Shown here one piece after another: positions 58,132-64,000 of a stretch of 64,000 nt of DNA. Each line of letters starts with the position of its first letter. Within the stretch, counting starts at the first letter, position 1. Below the pieces are notes generated by a model, which saw only the letters and a list, made by a program, of their open reading frames with translations, did not search any database and had not been told where the DNA came from. The translations under genes were made by a program, and so were the position numbers. Source of the stretch: a candidate division NC10 bacterium CSP1-5 (GTDB lineage: Bacteria; Methylomirabilota; Methylomirabilia; Methylomirabilales; CSP1-5); assembly GCA_001443495.1 (NCBI GenBank), contig LDXR01000017.1:2384-66383 (forward strand), read 5' to 3'.

Positions 58132-59217
58132 TTACATCTTCGTCGCGAAGTTCTTCTTCGGGACCATGCAATGGACCCCCTTCCGGATGTCCACCACCTG
58201 GGTCACCCGACAATCCACCAGGATCGAGGTGAGGGAGTAGGCCTCGTAGGGTGTGACCTTGAACTTCTCCACCATGAAATCCACGGTCTCCTTCGCCGCG
58301 AGCTTGAAAGCCTCGTTTAGGTCCTCGTGGAAGCCCATCAGGATCCAGTGGGTTGCGGTCTCCGCCCGGGGCCACGTCAGCTTCATATCCTTCCGGACGA
58401 TGGGCTGCAGCACGATCTCCCGGAACGCGCACTCAATCGCCGTCAGGTTCACCTCGTTGTTCCCCTGCCGGCAGTGGGCGTCTCCCACCCAGACCAGCCC
58501 CCCCTTCAGGAGGACCGGCACGTAAAGAATGGAACCCTCCTGGAGCTCATTCAGGTCCAAATTTGAGGCGTTCTTCCAGGGGCGGAGGGTGCTGACCGGA
58601 GCCGTCTTCTCTTTTGCGCCCCCTTTTCTCGGAGAGGGGTCGTCCGGATCGATGCCGACCGCCAATATTCCCGGGAAGGGTTGCAGATCGACGATAATCC
58701 CGGGCTTAAACTCGGCCTGCTTCTTCTCCCAGTCCAAGTAGAAATACCGTACGAAGCCCTCTGGGAAGAACTCCTGGAGCCCGCCGACCTTGGGGAACTC
58801 TTTCCCCGGGAGGTTGAAATTGACGCCAAAGGCCTTGGGCACGATCTTCTTGATCCGGATCTCCATCACGTCCCCGGGCTCGGCCCCCTCGACATAGACC
58901 GGTCCCGTGACCGAATGAGGCCCGCCACCCGGGTTGGCGAGCCGGAGCTTCACGATCTCCTCCATCGTGGTTCCAGGGTTGATCTGGTTGTGGGCATGCA
59001 TCATCGTCTCAATCGCCACCAACTCCCCCGACTTCATGGTCAGCTTGGACGGCTCCTTGGGGTCGAGCCAACCCCACTGGGTGGTCTCCAGCGTGGCGGG
59101 GAGGATGTGGAGCTTCTGTCCCTCGAGGGTAACCGTCCGCTGCTGGGCCATGGCATAGAGCCCGATCGAGACGACTCCGACAACGAGCGCTATGATGACG
59201 ACACTCTTCTTCCGCAT
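58132..59217 (-). CDS. acetamidase/formamidase family protein, secreted
   Basis: ATG 59217 lies 8 nt after AAGGAGG. N-terminal signal/anchor. GPVYVEGAEPGDVMEI..VGDAHCRQGNNEV is typical of the FmdA/AmdA family. Confidence 0.85.
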   Translation of the reverse strand: MRKKSVVIIALVVGVVSIGLYAMAQQRTVTLEGQKLHILPATLETTQWGWLDPKEPSKLTMKSGELVAIETMMHAHNQINPGTTMEEIVKLRLANPGGGPHSVTGPVYVEGAEPGDVMEIRIKKIVPKAFGVNFNLPGKEFPKVGGLQEFFPEGFVRYFYLDWEKKQAEFKPGIIVDLQPFPGILAVGIDPDDPSPRKGGAKEKTAPVSTLRPWKNASNLDLNELQEGSILYVPVLLKGGLVWVGDAHCRQGNNEVNLTAIECAFREIVLQPIVRKDMKLTWPRAETATHWILMGFHEDLNEAFKLAAKETVDFMVEKFKVTPYEAYSLTSILVDCRVTQVVDIRKGVHCMVPKKNFATKM

Positions 59218-59491
59218 CACCCTTGCCTCCTTATTACTAACTCTGAGACGTCACCACTAGCTGGTCCTTCATTCTTGGGCAAACCCGCCTTCAATGTCTC
59301 GGGCCTCGTGATCATCACCTCCCTTCGGTGCTTTGAGGTATCTAGGGACAGTATGTACCAGCAGATGAACGATGAACCTTGGGAGACTGAACGGCAACAA
59401 TGTGGTAGCCTTCCCTTATCGCAGCCCCTCCCCGATGTCAACGGCTTTTTCAAACCCTCTTTGCTATTGACACGGCGATTGCGGATGCCGT

Positions 59492-61156
59492 ATGGAATCT
59501 CGTATGCACAGACCCCTCCGTTCGTTCCGACCGACCATCCTGGCACCGAAGGCCATGGTTACCTCTCCCCATTATCTTGCCTCCGAGGCGGGGGTGTCGG
59601 TGCTGCGCGACGGCGGGAATGCCGTTGAGGCGGCGATCGCCACGGCCGCTGTCCTCTGCGTCGTCTATCCGCATATGACCAGTATCGGGGGCGACAACTT
59701 CTGGCTTATCTATGATGCTCGGCGCCGGCAGCTCCACGGGCTGAACGCGAGCGGTCGTGCGGGAGGGCGCTGCACGATCGAGTTGTATCGAGAGCGAGGG
59801 CACACCCGGGCCATCCCATCACGGGGCGTCTTAGCCGCGAATACGGTGCCGGGGGCCGTGGACGGCTGGTGGGAGGCGTACCGGTACAGTCGGCGGGTCC
59901 TCAACGGTCGAATCCGGTGGGCCACGCTCCTCGACGAGGCTATCCGCTATGCGGAAAAAGGGTTCCCCGTCGCCGCAGTCCTGGAGAGCGCGACCCGCGA
60001 GAACCTCGAGTCCCATGACGCCGAGCTCCACCATCTACAGCGCTTCGAAGGCTTTCGCCGCATCTTCTTGAAACAGGGCCGCGCCTTCAGGGCAGGCGAG
60101 GTGATGGTGCAGAAGGATCTGGGCCGGACGCTCCGAGAGCTCGCCCGAGGGGGTCGTAATGCCTTCTATGCTGGACCAATCGCACGGGAGATCGTCCGAT
60201 TCTTGGCGCGGGAAGCCGGGGTCCTGACCCGTGAGGACTTTGCGGGGCATCGCTCCGAGTGGGTGAGACCCCTGGGCGTTCCGTACCGCGGCTACCGCAT
60301 CTTCAGCCTGCCGCCGAACAGCCAGGGGCTCGCCTTTCTCATGCTCATGGGGGTCTTATCGCACTTTGATCTCCGCTCTTTCGGAGACAGCTCGGTTGAA
60401 TACTTGCACCTGATCGTTGAGACAACAAAGAGGGTCTTCCAAGACCGGGACCGGTGGGTGACCGATCCACGATTCGTCAAGGCTCCGATCTCCCGACTTC
60501 TCAGTCGTCCCTACCTCCAAGAGATCGCCCGGACGGTCGCCCGGGGCGGGCACATCGGGGGCCTCGGAGGCGCGCCGTCGGGAGGGGATACCGTGTGGCT
60601 CGGCGTCGTGGACGAAGCGGGGAATGCGGTCTCGTTGATTCAGAGCATCTATTTCGAGTTCGGTTCTGGCATTGTTGCGGGTGAGACTGGCGTCATCTTA
60701 CAGAATCGGGGGAGCTTCTTCTCCCTCGATCCCACCCATGTCAACGCGTTAGCCCCCAAGAAGCGGACCTTCCACACCCTGATGCCTGCCATGGTCTTGC
60801 GCGGTGGCCGACCCTATCTGGTCCTCGGGACGATGGGAGGGCAGGGCCAGCCTCAGACTCTCGCCGCCATCGCCACTCGGATCATCGATTTTGGCCTGGA
60901 GGTCCAAGAGGCCATTGAGGCGGCGCGGTGGATGTACGGGCGTTCCTGGGTCTTGCCCGAACTCGCGCTGTACTTGGAAGGACGATTCCCAGAGGACATT
61001 TTCAGGAGCCTCGAGCAGCGGGGGCATGTCATTCGGCGGCTTCCCGCTTGGAATGAATGGCTGGGGCAGGCTCAGGCGATTCGGATCGATCCGAAATCAG
61101 GCGTACGTGAGGGTGGCGCCGATCCCCGCGGCGATGGCCTTGCCATCGGCTTCTAG
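59492..61156 (+). CDS. ggt: gamma-glutamyltransferase
   Basis: MVTSPHYLASEAGVSVLRDGGNAVEAAIA. Autoprocessing and nucleophile region GGDTVWLGVVD, plus MGGQGQPQ. The start may instead be ATG 59504. Confidence 0.9.
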   Translation: MESRMHRPLRSFRPTILAPKAMVTSPHYLASEAGVSVLRDGGNAVEAAIATAAVLCVVYPHMTSIGGDNFWLIYDARRRQLHGLNASGRAGGRCTIELYRERGHTRAIPSRGVLAANTVPGAVDGWWEAYRYSRRVLNGRIRWATLLDEAIRYAEKGFPVAAVLESATRENLESHDAELHHLQRFEGFRRIFLKQGRAFRAGEVMVQKDLGRTLRELARGGRNAFYAGPIAREIVRFLAREAGVLTREDFAGHRSEWVRPLGVPYRGYRIFSLPPNSQGLAFLMLMGVLSHFDLRSFGDSSVEYLHLIVETTKRVFQDRDRWVTDPRFVKAPISRLLSRPYLQEIARTVARGGHIGGLGGAPSGGDTVWLGVVDEAGNAVSLIQSIYFEFGSGIVAGETGVILQNRGSFFSLDPTHVNALAPKKRTFHTLMPAMVLRGGRPYLVLGTMGGQGQPQTLAAIATRIIDFGLEVQEAIEAARWMYGRSWVLPELALYLEGRFPEDIFRSLEQRGHVIRRLPAWNEWLGQAQAIRIDPKSGVREGGADPRGDGLAIGF

Positions 61157-61243
61157 CGCTGGCAAGCTGGCACGCCAGGCTCCCCGCATTCTCCTGCACT
61201 GGGGAAATGGGGTCAGAGAACAGTTCTCTTCCCGGAGGGACTG

Positions 61244-61678
61244 ATGAAAGCGAAGGTCCTGCAATCCCGTGAGGGGCAATACATCAATGTCATCGGCGAC
61301 AACCAGTACATCAAGCTAACAGGCGAGGAGACCGGGGGCGCCTATACGCTCATCGAGGAGATCAACCCTCCGGGTGTCGGCATCCCTCTGCATGTTCACG
61401 AGAACGAGGATGAGACATTCCACGTCGTGGAAGGGCAGGTGGAATTCACGCTGGACGGAAAGCCCATGAAGGCCGGCGCCGGTACGACCGTCTATCTGCC
61501 GCGCCGCGTGCCGCACGCCTTCAAAGTAGTGGGGCAGACGCCGGCGAGGGTGCTCGTGTTGCTGTCCCCCTCCGGGTTGGAAAGGATGTTCCGAGAGCTG
61601 GCGCAGCTACCGCCGGGGCCTCCGGACATGGAAAAGGTGGTTGCCATCTGCGGTCGGTACGGCATCCGGTTCTTGTAG
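61244..61678 (+). CDS. cupin domain protein
   Basis: Cupin motifs GIPLHVHENEDETFHVVEG and VYLPRRVPHAF. GGAGGG RBS. Confidence 0.8.
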   Translation: MKAKVLQSREGQYINVIGDNQYIKLTGEETGGAYTLIEEINPPGVGIPLHVHENEDETFHVVEGQVEFTLDGKPMKAGAGTTVYLPRRVPHAFKVVGQTPARVLVLLSPSGLERMFRELAQLPPGPPDMEKVVAICGRYGIRFL

Positions 61679-61684
61679 GGGGCA

Positions 61685-61864
61685 TCAGCGAAATGGGGCC
61701 GCGGGGACTTTTCTTTGAGGGTCGCCCATGAAGCTGGCGCTGATCGGGGCCTCCTCCTGGATGATCTCTTGTCGGATAAACTTATAGCCGAGCTGCCGGG
61801 CCGCCTCCATCCCGATGAAGGTCCCCAAACTTCCCATTTGTCTGGTCATGGCGATGATCGGCAT
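61685..61864 (-). pseudogene. truncated remnant of a cytidylate-kinase-like (Cytidylate_kin2) gene
   Basis: A 59-codon ORF absent from the track. MPIIAMTRQMGSLGTFIGMEAARQLGYKFIRQEIIQEEA resembles the N-terminal ~40 aa of ~220-aa family members. The rest is absent, because the cupin gene abuts it. Confidence 0.4.
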
Positions 61865-61882
61865 AGCGTTCCTGGCGCCGCG

Positions 61883-63415
61883 CTAATCGCCTCCCGCCTT
61901 CTTCACCTCTTCCACCTTGAAGGTCCGTCCGACCCGCCGGGCGAGCGGCCGGATCGCCGGGAGCAGGAAGAGGAATATCGTCAAGATCATGAATCCGGCG
62001 GCGATCGGTCGGGTGAAAAAGATGGCGAGAGACCCGCCGGAGAGGATCAGGCTCTGCCGCAGGGCCTCCTCGGTCATGTCCCCCAGGACCAGGGCGATGA
62101 CCAGCGGCGCCAGCGGGTACTTCAACTTCTTGAAGACGTAGCCGATCACGCCGTACACCAGCAAGAGCCAGATGTCCAGCATGGTGTTCTTCACCGCGTA
62201 CGCGCCGATGGCGCTGAGGAGGATGATCAGGGGCGTCAAGATGGCGTAGGGCGTTTTGAGGATGGCGGCGAAGACGGGGAGCATGGAGAGGCAAAAGACG
62301 ACGCCCATCACATTGCCGATGTACATGCTCGCGATAAAACCCCAGACAAAATCTTTTTGCTCGACGAAGAGCATCGGACCGGGTTGGAGGCCCCAGATGT
62401 AGAGACCGCCTAGGATGACGGCGGCGGTGGGGGAGCCGGGAATCCCCAAGGTAATCAGGGGGAGGAGGGCGCCGATCCCGGCCGCATGCGCAGCCGATTC
62501 CGTCGCGATCACCCCCTCGGGGACTCCGGTCCCGAACTTTTCCGGGTGCTTGGAGTACTGCTTGGCGATTCCGTAGCTCATGAAAGACGCCGGGGTCGCG
62601 CCGGTCCCCGGCATGACCCCGATCCAGAATCCCAGGATCGTCCCGGTGATCCAGGTGAACAGATTCCTCCACAGGGTTTTGATCGTCACCCAGATATCCT
62701 TCAAGCCGATTCTGCCCTGGACGCCCTTGAACTCCAACGCCTCCTCCGCGGCCAAGAGGATCTCACCGACCCCGAAGAGGCCGATCGAGGCCGTGATGAA
62801 GCTGAACCCGCTCAATAACGTGATGGAGCCGAAGTTGAGGCGGGGCCGTCCCGTCACGATGTCGAGCCCGACGCTGGCCAGGAGGAAGCCGACACATGCC
62901 GAGCCGATGGTCTTGGCGGCCGAGCCGCCGCCGAGCCCGGTGAAAGTGCTGAAGGCTAACGTGAGGACCGCGAAGTTCTCGGCCGGGCCGAACTTCAGGG
63001 CCAGTTCAGCTAGGGGAGGCGCGAAGAAGGTGAAGAGGATGATAGAGACAAGGGCGGCAAAGAAGCCGGGGATGAAGGCGGCGGCAAGGGCCTGTCCTGC
63101 CTTCCCCTGTTTTGCCATCGGGTAGCCGTCGAACATCGTCGCCACCGACCAGGGCTCGCCCGGGATGTTGAAGAGGATGGAGGTGATGGCGCCGCCGAAG
63201 AGGGCCCCCCAGTAGATACAGGAGAGGAAAACGATGGCCGACGTGGTGGACATGGTGAAGGTGAGGGGCAGGAGGATCGCCACGCCGCTGGTTCCGCCGA
63301 GACCGGGGATGACGCCGATAATCACACCGAGGAAGATCCCGAAGGCGGCGATCATTAGGTTGAACGGAGAGATGGCAATGTTGAAGCCGTGAATGAGATT
63401 TGCCAGGGCTTCCAT
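61883..63415 (-). CDS. tctA: tripartite tricarboxylate transporter large permease
   Basis: 510-aa polytopic protein. FNLMIAAFGIFLGVIIGVIPGLGGTSGVAILLPLTF is typical of TctA. Confidence 0.9.
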   Translation of the reverse strand: MEALANLIHGFNIAISPFNLMIAAFGIFLGVIIGVIPGLGGTSGVAILLPLTFTMSTTSAIVFLSCIYWGALFGGAITSILFNIPGEPWSVATMFDGYPMAKQGKAGQALAAAFIPGFFAALVSIILFTFFAPPLAELALKFGPAENFAVLTLAFSTFTGLGGGSAAKTIGSACVGFLLASVGLDIVTGRPRLNFGSITLLSGFSFITASIGLFGVGEILLAAEEALEFKGVQGRIGLKDIWVTIKTLWRNLFTWITGTILGFWIGVMPGTGATPASFMSYGIAKQYSKHPEKFGTGVPEGVIATESAAHAAGIGALLPLITLGIPGSPTAAVILGGLYIWGLQPGPMLFVEQKDFVWGFIASMYIGNVMGVVFCLSMLPVFAAILKTPYAILTPLIILLSAIGAYAVKNTMLDIWLLLVYGVIGYVFKKLKYPLAPLVIALVLGDMTEEALRQSLILSGGSLAIFFTRPIAAGFMILTIFLFLLPAIRPLARRVGRTFKVEEVKKAGGD

Positions 63416-63430
63416 CGTGGGATTCCCTCC

Positions 63431-63907
63431 CTAAAAGGGGAGGTACTCGCCAAACATCCCCTTGGGCATAGGGATGAGAAACCACCGCTCAAGAATCAGA
63501 AAGGCGGCTACGGGAAAGAGCAGGCTGGCCGCGAGGCTCCCAACCCAGGAATGCCGGCCCATCCACCGCATGAAAAAGGCGAGGTAGAGCGCCGAGGTGA
63601 GGTAAAAGCCCGTCACCTCGATGAGGACGACGGCACCGACCATGGGCAGGAAGACGGCCATGACCGGCCTGAGGCTTTTCTTGGAAACGAAAGGCTTCCT
63701 GGCGGTCTCACCTGCAGGATCCATCCGGATCGCCTTGGCCAGGATCACCACGCTGCAGGCGCCGAGGATGAGCGAAAGCCAGAAGGGGAAGAACCCGGCT
63801 CGAGGTCCCGAGGGGCCCCAGCCAAATCCGAGGCGCACTGCCTCCACGGTCCCGATGCCGGCGAAGGTGAGGAGTGCCAGGGCGCAGATGATCTCGGCCT
63901 TTTTCAT
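63431..63907 (-). CDS. tctB: tripartite tricarboxylate transporter small permease
   Basis: ATG at 63907 (MKKAEIICALALLTFAG). Four-helix small membrane protein immediately upstream of tctA. Confidence 0.75.
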   Translation of the reverse strand: MKKAEIICALALLTFAGIGTVEAVRLGFGWGPSGPRAGFFPFWLSLILGACSVVILAKAIRMDPAGETARKPFVSKKSLRPVMAVFLPMVGAVVLIEVTGFYLTSALYLAFFMRWMGRHSWVGSLAASLLFPVAAFLILERWFLIPMPKGMFGEYLPF

Positions 63908-63936
63908 GGTATGCGCTCGGCATCTGCTCAGCACAA

Positions 63937-63969
63937 GACCGGGCCGCCCCGACGCGGAGCGGCCCGGTC
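63937..63969 (-). promoter_or_regulatory. perfect 11-bp GC stem-loop upstream of tctB
   Basis: GACCGGGCCGC-N11-GCGGCCCGGTC. No clear U-tract follows, so its role (attenuator, processing site or mRNA stabiliser) is open. Confidence 0.4.
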
Positions 63970-64000
63970 CATCATGTGATGCCCAGGTCGTCTACTTGAG

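Noticed and set aside
61168-61185. A TGGCAC motif upstream of the cupin gene, considered as a sigma54 promoter.
   Set aside because: No TTGC element follows at the required GG-N10-GC spacing. The sequence is better described as a small CTGGC/GCCAG palindrome.
63992-64000. A possible 3' end of a minus-strand tctC gene (CTA at 63992-63994) at the window edge.
   Set aside because: Only two codons are visible. This fits tctCBA operon logic but cannot be supported from the sequence in this window.

Overview
GC-rich, gene-dense chromosomal window from a diderm (outer-membrane-bearing) bacterium. I cannot name the lineage from sequence alone. I support about 60 protein-coding genes and found no rRNA, tRNA or CRISPR array.

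Layout:
- 1-14.2 kb: housekeeping genes (argS, an alaC-like aminotransferase, purF, membrane pyrophosphatase hppA, aspA-like lyase, ilvE, a response regulator, valS).
- 14.2-15.0 kb: coaX, with an apparent frameshift.
- 15.0-18.8 kb: a 3.7-kb accessory islet. It holds an orphan soluble-plus-membrane gene pair, a RAYT-type Y1 transposase bracketed by inverted hairpin repeats, an ADP-ribosylglycohydrolase and a small secreted protein.
- 18.8-30.3 kb: rplM-rpsI, argC-argJ, rpsB-tsf-pyrH-frr-cdsA-lnt, prfB (canonical +1 programmed frameshift) and lysS.
- 30.3-47.1 kb: a long envelope-biogenesis run (lolC/E-lolD, clpC, bamA, skp, fabZ, lpxA, lpxI, a Gfo/Idh/MocA oxidoreductase, lpxB, a DUF374 protein, waaA, lpxK, a GT9 heptosyltransferase, gmhB).
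- 47.2-64 kb: a mixed region. It contains Memo-like, DedA, a small basic protein plus a nitroreductase-fold protein plus patatin, LMW-PTP, an HExxH membrane protein, a Vgb-like propeller, a CysQ/HAL2-type nucleotidase, TerC, a Zn/Mn ABC permease and binding protein with no ATPase, a formamidase-family amidase, ggt, cupin, and tctA/tctB.

The most unusual signal is not a gene. It is a family of strictly phased 7-nt tandem-repeat arrays, usually arranged as two inverted arms around a purine-rich core. They fill at least seven co-directional intergenic spacers directly upstream of start codons, and in some cases they supply the start codon itself.

Other points worth a second look are the coaX frame break, a 0.5-kb non-coding gap between convergent genes, the RAYT/REP-like unit, and several orphan gene pairs. 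The many long antisense ORFs in the track are GC-driven artefacts.
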